Positions 11,701 to 23,599 of a DNA stretch of 64,000 nt are shown one piece after another. The translations under genes and the position numbers were made by a program. The notes under the pieces were generated by a model that did no database searches, was not told the origin of the DNA, and was given only the letters and a program-made list of their open reading frames with translations. Source of the DNA: Moniliella sp. 'wahieum' (lineage: Eukaryota); the NCBI GenBank assembly GCA_003971905.1, contig RSEE01000120.1:1-64000 (forward strand), in the 5' to 3' direction. Positions within the stretch are counted from its first letter, which is position 1; the number at the start of each line of letters is the position of its first letter.

Positions 11701-14700
11701 TTAGCTTCATTAGCTTCACTAGTAGTGACACAAATCCAATCCATTCCCCTCGCTCGCCCCTGGAGGGGAGGCAACCTGACGCGCGCGCCTGGCGCAGCAA
11801 GACGCAGCCAAATACAACAACTCCATATCGACCTAATAGCATTGGTGTATGTATGGTGATCGGGTGGCCGGCGACGCGGCGATGGGGGGCCGCTCACGGT
11901 GATCTGCAACACCCCCCTGTTCACTGTTGAACCGTTCACAGCCGTTCACAACGTTCACAGCGTGCTGAGTGTGCTCGCTGAACAAGCTCTCAGCGCTCAG
12001 CTGAGCGCTGGATCGCTGAACGTTCCATCGAATGCGTTGAGACGGTTGAGCTTCAAGCTTCACGAGTTGTCTATAGTGGGATCTGGGAGTCCATGCGATC
12101 TTCAAGCTCCAGTCTTAGTTACTCTAAATATCCACATCAACGTTCGACAAGGCGATCAAAAACAAAGCAAAACGGAAGGGGTGGCGGTGAAGACAAAGGG
12201 AGAAGACGTGCGACATGGGAAGAAGAAGATATGCGGCGGGCTCTGTACGCGCGCACGCGCACGCGCGAGTGGCTTGGCTCTAGCTATACCATCACATCTC
12301 GACAATCGATCAGTATGTCACGCATCGCATGCAGACTCCATGGCAACAGGAACTTCGAGCTTGAGAAGAATTGTGGGAACGTTGTCGTTACCAGGGGGCC
12401 AAGAGCGAGGGGCAAGGGGGCAAAACCTCGCGCGTGCGAAGGCAGGAGCGCTTCAGCCGAAGAGCGCCCGAGAAACTAAGTCTGGATGTGGAAAGTGGAG
12501 TCGGCGGGTTACGCCGGTTACGCGTTAGGCCATAAAGTTTCACTGTGGATGCGCGCGGGGCTAGTGGAGCTTCCAACTGGAGGGGAGCGCGGAGAGTCCG
12601 CGGGGGCGTCAGCGAGGGCGATGCTGATGCGCTGAAGCCTATTGCCTCCATTGAACATTGCGGAGAGGAATTTCGAGCGTGTAAAAGACCCACAGAGTTG
12701 TTTGGAGTCGCGCGAGCAGGCTCCGCGGGAGGGCAGTACTAGTGACGGCCATAGTATTGCTACTAGGTTGCCACTGGGCAAAAATTAAGTCCCTGATGGC
12801 GAACGACAGGGTGTGAATCGTTGCCCCTTAACGCTAGCTTAACGATTCCTTTGGACCTGGGCGCATTGTTGGGAGAGATGGAGATGCACACGGAGAATGC
12901 CTTGTTAAGATAATCGATCGGTAGGCCAGATGGCCAGATGGCCAGATGCAGCTCACATCGGCTCAATTACATGTATCGTTGTGGAACAAAAGGAGCGCAA
13001 GGAAACACCTTTGTAAGTCCTTTTCACTTTCCACAGCATCCCGACGAGGACTGGTGGTGATGCTTGTACGACCCACCATCCTTGAAACACATTGCACGGC
13101 TAACAACAGATCTGGGAGCCGCCCCACCATTGAGCACAGTCTCGCCTCGGTCGTGGATGAATTGATGGGATTTTCACCGTACTGGATTGCTAAGGGCAAC
13201 AAAATCCGACATGAACTGGAGCGAGGGAGAGAGTATTAGTGTCTCTCTCCGCTTTCGCCTCTATTACATTTCCCAATCGCCTCGTACTAGGGTAACAACA
13301 CAGGTATATTAGTTGGATGCCCCACAGTATACTAGCTGAACCTACTTAACCGTGGGAAACGCCGTATTCAATAGGCAATGGGTTAGGGTTAATGTCAATC
13401 TGATTCCTATCCTGTTCTTTTCTGCTTCCTCCTCGAGCTCGAAGCAGCCACCTTTTTACCTTCTTCAAACCGTTGAAACCTCTTATCCACCTTTCCCGCG
13501 TCCCATCGTCCACCAGCAGGATAGAAGGGAACCCCTCCCCCGTCGGTTGGCTCGGCTTGTCGTGTCTTCCTCTCCGTGGTCATGGTCACTTTTTCTCTTA
13601 TACTCTACTTTCCGGTCCATTCATGGGTTACGAGCAAGCGCCGCCGGGCGCCGCGCGACGAATTGCTAGGATGGTCTTCTTGCCTTGGCCCCCCTCATTT
13701 TTTGCTGTTTCCCCTCTTCGCTGTGGTGTCCTCTTTGTCACGGGCCGGCCCATTTGTTTCTTTCGTTGGTTTTTTCTTTTTCTTTGCCCGGCTCGGCTGG
13801 TCTGGGTCGTCCAGCTATCTCAATGTGTGCTGTACCCGCGCACAGGTATGTGTGGGTAGGGACATCCGTACGAAGTCCCCGTCCATGGCACGCCAAGGTA
13901 TCACGAAGAGGCATTCTAGTAGCGTCAACGTGCTAGACCATGATCGATAGATAGTAGTGCGCCGCGCGTAACGCAGATGTGACCTGACGAGCTACGGGCA
14001 TGGGCCACAACCAGAGCCACGCCGTCGAACTGGAAAGGTTCGGGGAGCAGTTAGCTGCTCGCGAGCACAGAGGGGATGTTTTTAGCCCAACGAGTCTCCC
14101 CACGGTTTCGAGTGTTGGGAGCAGAAGGTAAGAGTGGCTACGTGCCAGCGCGGCAAGGGGTCGGTCTCTGGAAGCTATCATCTCCCCGTCACGCGTCACG
14201 CGCACATGTCACGCATGAGATCGCAGATCAATCGCAGATCCCAACATGCCACAGCAGTATCTATCAGAGAAAGCCGACCGAATGTGTGGGAGAGGCAGAC
14301 GGAGAGGCAGAGGACGATTCGATGATCGATGAAGTGAAGAGAAACTGAAAGCCAAAAATTCCATGCGACACTCCGTTTCACATCCTCATGGTCCAGCCTA
14401 TATGTGAATGCAGTGTGAGTGTATAGAGAAAAACATGGATAGAGGTGGAGAAACGGGGAATATGCGGTCCAAAAGCCATCGGCAGAGTCAAAAGGGGGAA
14501 AAGGAACAAGAGTGTGAAGAGAGAAGAAGAAAAAAGCGGGTGTGCATATGGACGGGGGAATGGTTCTCCATAGTGTAGCCATAGTTAGAAACAGGACCAT
14601 GTTACCGAGATCCAGAGGATGTGCAGGGAACCTCACCGCGCAGAGACGGGTGTCTCGAGATGAGGCCTGAGGAGACACCCATTTCGATCTCGACCCTGAG

Positions 14701-14978
14701 ACCAGAGGTGGAGGCGAAAAGGATGGTGCGTTATAATGTGGAAGAGAGCGTGACAGACAGAAGAGAGTGTACTGGGTGTGGTACAGAACTAGAGCGGCAG
14801 AAGAAGTTTGAGGGTCTCCGCAAGGGGTGTGGGGCATGTGGGTGCGAAACCGGGTGACATAAACAACCGCCCAAATGGATATGGAAGAGAGAGAGAAAGC
14901 AGGGAGAAAGTGGTGGTGGGGGGAGGAGAGGTTTAAGGGAAGAACAGGGAGAAGGAACGAGGACGAGGAAAGGGAAGC

Positions 14979-15449
14979 TCAGTTTTGGATTTGGTTGTCG
15001 TTCCACGCCGATACATCACACTCTGGCTGATCATTCCCAATCGCGGCCGAGGCATAGGCTCGGGCTTTGGGAATTGGCATTGTCGGGCTCCCCGGGCTAG
15101 TGGAGGGGTAGCATTGCATCCGTCTGGGTTGAGCCGGTTGCGGGGCCAGGGAGCGCCGTATCCACCCGGACCGGCGCCCCAGAGAGTCAGATTGGGATTG
15201 GTGTAGGCCTCGAGGTGACGCGAAATGTAGTCCTGGGTCGGGTAGTCCGGTGGGTCGCACCCCACGTTGATCTTGGCTGGATCTTGGAAGACACGGATCC
15301 AGTCCAACGCCATCGTCGATGGCCACAGCAGCTGCTTCCAGGACGGCGTGCCAAAGTTTTGCGAAATGCCCAGATTGGCAAGGATGTAGAGCGGTTCGGG
15401 CGTCACGGGGCGGGCGGAGATGTTGGCAAGAGATCGGCGGCCAGTTGGT
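14979..15449 (-). pseudogene. KRE6: 3'-terminal fragment of a KRE6/SKN1 (GH16-like, beta-1,6-glucan synthesis) gene
   Basis: ANISARPVTPEPLYILANLGISQNFG...WPSTMALDWIRVFQDPAKINVGCDPPDYPTQDYISRHLEAYTNPNLTLW matches the Kre6/Skn1 C-terminus. No upstream Kre6 coding sequence is visible before the next gene. Confidence 0.75.
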
Positions 15450-15691
15450 CCCTAACCCTAATGCAAAACAGGATCCGGCCTAGGAGACAATAGAAAGAAA
15501 GTGTGCAAGAACCCAGGCCCCCTTCTCTTCCCCCTTGTTCTTATTTGACCGGGAAACAGGGGGGTAGGAGCATTGAGCGGAAAAAAAGGGTTGAGAGAAT
15601 GTGTAGAAAAAGGGGGGTGGCGATGTTGCAAGCTCAGCGCCGAAACCCACAAACGAGGCCCACCCGCTCACCCACCGCTTCGGGGTCCCGC

Positions 15692-16755
15692 TCAGTGCGG
15701 GATGATGGCAGCCATAATGGCCTTCAGCATGTCCTCCAAGGAGACCACGTGACCCACTTCGGACTGGGAGGGCGAGTATACCTTCTCTTGTGTTGGCTGC
15801 GGCGCCGCAGCCACAGCAGCAGGCGGGGACGATGCCGCGGGCGCGGCGCCAAACAAGCCACCAAACAACCCCTCTGCAGCCGAGAGCGCCGCGGCCAAGG
15901 GATCCGCGGCGCAGCAGCAGAGCCCGGGGCCGGCGGCCGCGCAGCAGCGGGAGAGGCGGCGGGGGAGGCTAGAACGTCGTGTTTGGGTGAGGAGTTCGGA
16001 GAGGATGAGGGCGCAGGTGCAGGCGCTGCCGCAGCAGAATGTTTAGGGGACCCCTTTCCACCACCGGATTTGCCCAATGTCGGCCCACATCCCGACGGCG
16101 TGCCATCGGCAAAGGTCCAGGTGATGGGGAATACACCCACCGCGGGTTGCGCCATCTTCTTGAACAGACCGGCAGTCAAGTCCAAGTCGCAGACTGATCG
16201 AAAGAAAAGTCAGCGCTAGTATTCTTTTCGGACCATAAGGAGGGGATCAGAGAACTTACCAGAGCCACAGGTGTCAGTAGCCGCGTCAAAGGGGCAGGTG
16301 TCCATCAATTGAGCTTGCTGTTGTGCCGTCACTGCCGTAGAGGATGAGGGTTTTGAAGCACAAGTCGCTCTGCGACAGGCCTTCCCTTTGGAACCGGTCC
16401 CAGCCGGCTTGGGACAGGGCAACACCCATCTATGCAAGCACACCGCATCAAGGTTAGTCAAGGCGGAAAGGGTCGCACGCCATGCCCTGGGAGGGGCAGC
16501 GGAAGAGGGTAAACAGGGAGCAAGGGCACGTACCGTATTGTCGGTCATTGGTGCGCCGCCACAGCTGCCAATGGGACTCGGGCCCTCTGTTTTGGGGTGG
16601 TAGAAGGTGGCCTGGCCGCGGGGCATGAGGAGGTGGGTGGTGTTGGCAGCGCGCGGGAGGGGTGCCTCCTGCGGGGGGCCGGGGCGGGGGAGGGCGGCGA
16701 CGTTGGAAAGGACGCCGAGGGCGAGGGTGAGGGCAGCCAGGGGCAGAGAACGCAT
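15692..16755 (-). CDS. Secreted RlpA-like/expansin-like double-psi beta-barrel protein with Ala/Pro/Ser-rich tail; introns 16430-16533 and 16194-16259
   Basis: Signal peptide MRSLPLAALTLALGVLSNVAA; GQATFY...GSCG, MDTCP, CDLDLTAGLFKKMA...GVFPITW; two GT..AG introns with CTAAC/CTGAC branch sites. Confidence 0.75.
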
Positions 16756-17340
16756 GGTGGGGGGACAGGCGAAGGGAGGAGGAGAAAAAAGAAGGTGGCC
16801 AGGGGATGAAAGAGCGTGGGCGGGGAGAAGGTGGGAGGGGCGGAAGGCGGTAAGGTTGGCGGCGGAGGCTGAAGCTAAGCTGAAGTGGAAGTGAGCGCGT
16901 CGTGACTAGGGGCTAGGAGGCTGCAACTGAATGCCCAATGGGTGCTGGGCCCCAGGGACCAGAGCCCAGCGCAAATAACGCAACGGCGGCCTGGCTGGCC
17001 GCAGCCAAGCATGTGCTTTGGGTGAGCTCACCGCACGGGGTCACCCATGCCGCGCCAGCCCTGCCGATCCAAACGTCCACGCCGCCGATCCCCCCCCGCA
17101 TCCCCAGCACGGCGCCCGTGTGTGCCACCCGTCTCACCCAACCCTACCGGCAGCCGTGCTGGGCCGGCGGGGTGCGGCAGAGGGCGGCACGGGACGGCAG
17201 GCGCGGGAGGCGGGGCGCTGTGCAGGGGCGCCGTGGGAGAGCGTCGGTGCCGTTCTGTGCCCCGCCCGCGCAAGCTGGCATGGGTGGGTGGGTGCGCCTG
17301 TGCGAGCGTGCAGCGGGGCCAGTGTGTTGGGGTGCGGCTG

Positions 17341-17384
17341 GTGCTTCGTACGCGATTAGTGCTTCGTACGCGATTAGTGCTTCG
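17341..17384. repeat. 18-bp tandem repeat (2.4 copies)
   Basis: GTGCTTCGTACGCGATTA twice, then GTGCTTCG. Confidence 0.85.
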
Positions 17385-17794
17385 AGACGCCGCTCCCCAC
17401 CGCCGCTGCACCGCCACACGCGAGTGTGCTTCCATGCAGCCAGTACGCGCTACCTGGCCTGGGTGCTCCAGCATGCGTCGGCCACATGCAGTGGCAGGTC
17501 CGGCGGGGTCCCGGTGTCTGCAGGCCGAATGTTAAGGAACGTACAATGAACGCAGCCGATCACCCGACCACCCAACCAACATTCGAATGCGTGCATGCCT
17601 GGTGCTTGCAATCAAGTTGGCTACCAAATCCACCAAGCCCTCTCTCCCCCGCCGCCGTTCTCATCACCGGCACCTCCCCCAGCCTCACGTACACTGTCAC
17701 CATGTCACCTCCCCACTCGGGCACCCACGCAAGCCATACCCACCACACCCATCGCTGAAATGTATATACCCCTCCGTACCACCACCTCCACCGC

Positions 17795-17818
17795 TCAAGC
17801 TTCAAGCTTCAAGCTTCA
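17795..17818. repeat. (TCAAGCT)3TCA heptamer array in the divergent expansin-like/TRP synthase intergenic region
   Basis: TCA AGCT TCA AGCT TCA AGCT TCA. Confidence 0.85.
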
Positions 17819-18300
17819 CCCCCACAAGCGGTCATCGTCGCATTCAAGGTCACCCCTCCCCACGCCCTCAATAGATCCAGCTTACACTTGCCGTACCGTC
17901 CTCAGGCAAAACCCCATGTCGCTAGCGCACCAGTACCAAACCCAGCCGGCGAAAGCGGACTCGGCCCAGGAGTCCTGCGAGGTGTGAGGGGCACAGGGGC
18001 AAATGCTCTGCGTTCACAGTGAAATCACCCTCGGGCAACCAAAGGCAGAGGGAGATTGAAGGCGACGAGAGAGGTGGGACGTGGTGGGCGGAAAGGAGCA
18101 TGGGAGGCGCGACGACGAGAGACAGACGAGCGTGGTGGGGATGCGCCCGCCACCGACTACGCGTTGCATCGACGTGCAAGCTGCGCGCGCGTTGACTGAC
18201 AAGAACTCAAGTACTCAAGTCAGCCAACATGCGACTGGGGGTGGCAAACGCGCCCCGGACAAGCTGGGGACCGCAGTACCAACACTCCACGTCCACCACG

Positions 18301-18312
18301 GCTGACGTCAGC
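18301..18312. promoter_or_regulatory. Possible bZIP (ATF/CRE or Gcn4/Cpc1-type) site upstream of tryptophan synthase
   Basis: Perfect palindrome GCTGACGTCAGC about 250 bp before the ATG; function is inferred. Confidence 0.35.
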
Positions 18313-18564
18313 TGGCACCCCCGCACCCCCTCGAACATTGCAATTGGTAACATTGGAATGAAACTTCGTGCGGACAAAACAGGCAGCCGTGTTCGCCGCT
18401 CTTTCTCCGTGCGCCTACTGCGCTTGCTGGACCTGCCTTCCTTGCACCGGCCCGCTTCCAGCGCCTTCCGTTTCTCTCGCCACTCTCCCTCATTCTTCCC
18501 ACCCCCCACCCCCACCCAGTTCAACCAGTTCAACCCCCCCCCTTCCCCCCTGTCTGTCTTCACC

Positions 18565-20785
18565 ATGGCAGCACACCTTCGCCAAACGTTTGCCGCCAAG
18601 GACGCCAAAAATGAGCCCGTCTTTGTTCACCTTCCTCACCGCCGGCTTCCCCACTGTCGCCGACACGGTTCCGCTCCTCCTCGGCCTCGAGAAGGGAGGT
18701 GCGGATGTGATTGAGCTGGGCGTGCCGTTCAGTGACCCCCAGGCCGATGGCCCTGCCATCCAACACAGCGACGAGGTGGCGCTGACCAATGGCGTGACCC
18801 TGCACTCGTGTCTCGACCTGGTGGCCCAGGCACGCAAGGCCGGCCTTACCGTCCCCGTCTTGCTCATGGGCTACTACAATCCCATCCTGGCCTATGGCGA
18901 GAAACAGTTGGTTGCTGACGCCCGCGCTGCTGGCGCCAGTGGCTTCATCATTGTGGATCTGCCTCCGGAAGATGCGTTTGCCTTCCGCGGTGCTTGCACC
19001 ACCGAGGGGTACGTTTCTCGCTCCCTGTGCCTCTCCCCGCCTGTTGCCACGTTGGGTGGAAAACCAGATTGTTGACCTCGCTTCCCTCTTGCTCTTCTGA
19101 CCTTTTTGTTGTGCAGGCTTTCTTTTATCCCGCTTGTGGCGCCCGGAACGACCGATAAGCGGATTGCGACGCTGCTGCGTCTGGCCGATTCCTTCATCTA
19201 CGTTGTCAGCAAAAATGGCACGACGGGTGCGACGTCCAGTGTGAGTGCGACGTTGAGCCGCTGGTGGCGCGAATCCGGAAGGTGCAGGGCGGAGGATGTG
19301 CACGTACCGTTGGCCGTTGGGTTTGGCGTGTCGACGCACGAGCACTTTACCGAGGTGGGCGCTGTGTCGGATGGCGTGGTGATTGGTTCGCAATTGATCA
19401 AGGTGGTGGGCCAAGCGCCCGAGGGCGAGCGTGCCGCCGCAGCACAACGCTTTTGCGAAGAGATTACCAACAAGCCCAATGGATTTTGGCATCGCACCCA
19501 ACCTCTTCCGCACATTAGCGCCAGCGCGCCCTCGTCCCAGCGTGCTGTCCAGCCGGCGTCCCAGGAGCAAGATCGGCCGGGTTGGTTTGGCCAGTTTGGC
19601 GGGCAGTATGTGCCTGAGGCGCTGTACCAAGCCCATGCCGAGCTCGAGAAGGCCTATGTCGAGGCTGTCAACGACCCTGCCTTCTGGAAAGAGTTTGAGA
19701 GCTACTTTGAATACATTGGTCGCCCTTCCGACCTGTACTTTGCCGACCGGCTCACCGAGGCTGCCGGCGGCGCTCGCATCTGGCTCAAGCGTGAAGACAT
19801 GAACCACACGGGCTCGCACAAGATCAACAATGTGGTGGGACAAATGTTGCTGGCCAAGCGGTTGGGCAAGACGCGCATCATTCTGACTGAGACGGGGCAG
19901 GACAGCATGGTGTGGCCACCGCCACGGTCGCGGCCAAGTTTGGTCTCAAGTGTGTGGTGTATATGGGCGCGGAGGATGTGCGGAGACAGCAGCTGAACGC
20001 CTACCGGATGAAGATGCTCGGTGCCGAGGTGGTCGCCGTCGAGGCTGGTAGCAAGACACTGAAGGACGCGATCAACGAGGCGAACCGGGACTGGGTGAGC
20101 AACATTGACACGACGCACTATGTTGTGGGCTCGGCGATTGGCCCGCACCCGTTCCCGTCGATGGTGCGGGACTTCCAGTCGATCATTGGCAAGGAGGTGC
20201 GCAAGCAGCTGCAAGCCAAGCGTGGCAAGCTGCCGGACGCGGTGGTCGCCTGCGTCGGTGGTGGCTCCAATGCGATCGGCATGTTCCACACGTTTATTCC
20301 CGACAAGAGCGTTCGTCTGATTGGTGTCGAAGCGGGCGGCGACGGCGTGGACACGGACCGGCACAGCGCTACCCTTGTCCAAGGGCAAACCGGGTGTGCT
20401 GCACGGCGTCCGCACCTACCTTTTGCAGGACAAAGATGGCCAGATCACCGAAACCCACTCGATCAGTGCCGGTCTGGACTACAGCGGCATTGGCCCCGAG
20501 CATGCTTGGCTCAAGGACACGGGCCGTGCCGAGTACCGCGTGGCCACCGACGTCGAGGCACTCGAGGGCTTCCGTCTGCTCACCCAACTCGAGGGCATCA
20601 TCCCTGCCTTGGAGAGCAGTCATGCCATCTATGGCGGCTTTAAGGAGGCGGCCAAGTTGCCCAAGGACCAGGACATTGTCATCTCTCTCAGTGGCAACGG
20701 TGCCAAGGATGTGCCTGAGGTCATTTCGCTCCTCACAGAGCGTGGATGGGATAAGAAGGTCAACTGGTATCTCGACCAGCAGTAA
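18565..20785 (+). CDS. TRP5: Tryptophan synthase, fused alpha+beta (fungal type); intron 19009-19116; several frameshifts
   Basis: Alpha: [38 protein letters not shown]. Beta: [66 protein letters not shown]. Confidence 0.97.
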
Positions 20786-21283
20786 CGCTTTGGCGCGCCA
20801 CACCCAAGATCGTATCTCCTGCTGGCATGCATCCTCGTACCTGCTATAACAGCCATCCATCATTCCACACACTTTTGTTTGTGCAGGCGCAGTACGTAGC
20901 ACCTATACTTCATGCTCCCCTTCGCCCCCGCGGGGGTGGGGTAAGTCAGAGAAGCGTTGCATATACCAAGGAAAAAGGAATGGGGGGATAGTGTTCGAAG
21001 ATGTAGGGAATGGAGCCATACTAACGGGAAAAATCCGCGTGGGCATCGAAACGATTGCAAATGACAATAGCAGACCAATCACAACACACCACAGAGACGA
21101 CTGGGGTGCGACGCGGTTCGGACCAAGGAGGAAATACAAAGGAATGCCAGCATGGGTTCGCACAATTAGCAACCTTGCCGAGGACCAATTAGGGTGGGAA
21201 GGGATACAGTGACGAGGTTGTCTGCGGTGGGAAAAGGAGTCGAAGATGACCTGCGCAGATTGACGAGTATGGGGGCCAGCACC

Positions 21284-22868
21284 TTACTCGGATTGCCGAA
21301 GGAGCGCAGCTCGCGAGTGGTAGGCACCATCGTCGGTAGCTGGTTCATCGTTCGATGGCAACTCGTCCTCGTCCATGTCATCCTCGACAATGGCAAACAC
21401 GTCGTGGGGGTGGGTTTTGTTGGAAGGCAGCGGTTGCATTTTCACTTGCTCCTGCCGCCCTGAGCTGTCGACCGCATCCTCGTCGTCAAACAGAGCCGTG
21501 CTGGTAACGGAGGGAACACGACCGGCATGCGTCGAACGAGAACGGTATTCTTCGCTGACCCGGGCCCAACTGGGACGAGGCGCATGGCCGTAACCATGGT
21601 GGCCCGGAACTGGGGGCGCATCCGCACATTCGCCCACCAGGCCCATCGCATGTTCCTCGGACGCCATGCGGTTCATGTTGAGCAGGTATACCCCAATAAA
21701 GATCACCACGAACCCACACAGCAGTGACACAGCTGGCGCCGCCCCTTGGGTATTGAACCCGCGGAAGAGGAGGAAGGAGGCAAAGATGGTGCTGGTGGTG
21801 AACATGACATAGTAAATGGGGTTGACTACATTGGTCGAGAACCTGGAACAAAGCGGTGGTGAGTCGTCGTATTGGATGCGGGATGCGGAGACGAGAGACA
21901 GAGAGAGGCAGGACGTACTGATCAAGCGCTTTATTAAAGTAGTTCATCTGCACTAGGATGCAGACAACAACAACGATGGCAAAGCAGTAGGTGGATGGAT
22001 AGGTGAATTGGTTGCTTCCATTGAGCGTCAACTTGAGGGCCACGCCAAAGCCCTTGACCGACATGACCGAGATGGAGCCAACGGAAGAGCAGATGGAAAG
22101 GTAAACCAAAGGCGTGCGTTTTCCCCACCGTGGCACCACCTGGTAAATCATGACGACAGCAAAGACGCTGACGACAAAGCAGTACGTGAGAAAGGGTGCT
22201 TGGATTGCGTAGGCCAGCATCTCGTCCACCGTACGGATTTCCTTGTCCTCCGGCGCATTGAGGATGATGATCAGCGTTCCAACCAAGCACAGTGTACATC
22301 CGACCCGCCCTAGCCGACCCAGCCTCTCCTTGAGAAGGAGAGAGGCGAGCACAGCACCAATCAACACCGACAAGGCACCCAAGGGGGTGACCAAAATGGG
22401 GGGGGCAAAAGTGTAGGCCGCAAAGTTGGCAATTTCTCCAATAATCATGCAGGCCATGCCAGCCCACCAGGTAGGGTTGGCCAAGTAGGCGTGCTGGTCG
22501 CTGGCCAGGTCGCCCGTCAGCCGATCTCCGGAATCAATGAGGCCCTTTTTGGTGATGATAAAGCTGGTGCCGATGGCCAGCGAGCTGCTGATCGCCAGGC
22601 CAAGCCCGATCCACTTATCTCGACCGAGGTTGGGGATGTAGGGAGAGTCCTCGGCGGCGGTGGAGGCAGGGCTTGGGTCGGCGCCGGCGCGTGGCAGCGC
22701 GGCAGGGACGGGCGGGGCACCGAGCAGGCCTATCCTGTAATTGGACGAGGCGAGACGGAAGGCGGGGGGCGGGACGGGCGATGCGTAGGTGAGGAGGAGG
22801 GTGGAGAGGACGACCAGGCAGCAGGCGGCCTGGGCGCGGCGGAGACGCAGGGCGGCTGGGCTGGGCAT
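21284..22868 (-). CDS. NIPA/DUF803 magnesium transporter; intron 21843-21918
   Basis: DKWIGLGLAISSSLAIGTSFIITKKGL, WWAGM, GEIANFAAYTFAPPILVTPLGALSV, QMNYFNKALDQ/FSTNVVNPIYYVMFTT. Confidence 0.93.
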
Positions 22869-23599
22869 GGGGAGCGAGCGGCGGGAAGCGCACGAGGTGG
22901 TGGGAAGAAGCGGGAGAAAGAGACACGCTGGTGTCGGTGTCGTGGCGTGGCGACGCACATGGGCACGAAGAGGCGGGGCCGTGGCAGGGCGTGGGACATG
23001 AGCTGGAGGTGTGTGTGATGCGTGTGGCCGATGATCGAGGATCGGCGGCTGGCGTAGTGGGAGGGGCGGCGTGCACAGCAAACCGCAAGTGTGATGCTGT
23101 GCCATTGTTCGCGGCGCTGGACAGGCACCAGCCAGCCGTTCTTGTTGCGCACCCTGGCGGAAGCGCAAACGGGGGGGCGCACGCGTCACGTGGCCCGGCG
23201 TGGCTAGCGAGCGGGTGTGATGGGCGGGTGACAGGCGCGGGCGATGTGATATGGGGGATGGATGCGCGGAGGCAGCGCGGAGGGCGGCAGGGGGCCGGTG
23301 TGGGTGCGGTAGGGTTGGGGCGTGCGGACAGGCGGGGTGGCTGGCTTGGCTGCACGGGGGTGGCGGGTGGCTTCATGCTGCTGCTGCTGCCGCTGGCTGC
23401 GCCGCCGCGCCGAGGCCGCCGAAATGGCTCGCTTCCCGCCCCCACCACCCGCCCGCCCCCATCCGTCCCGGCCGTCAGCTGCTGCGTCGCCGTCGCATCC
23501 CCTCCGTACCCGCCGCCGCCTGCCTGGCATGGCCTCCCGCCTCCGCGTCCCCGCCCCCCTCCCACCACCCCCTGTCTGCCGCGTGCGTCTGCCCCCCCC

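Noticed and set aside
15450..15600. Telomerase RNA template plus pseudoknot on the + strand
   Set aside because: The hairpin and A-run lack the U-rich strand arrangement needed for the triple helix, and the region is better explained as the antisense of the expansin-like 3' UTR.
18560..19843. Long antisense ORFs (for example 18560-19843, 22615-24093, 29099-30187)
   Set aside because: Shadow ORFs expected from high-GC codon bias or stop-poor GC-rich DNA; no recognisable domains.
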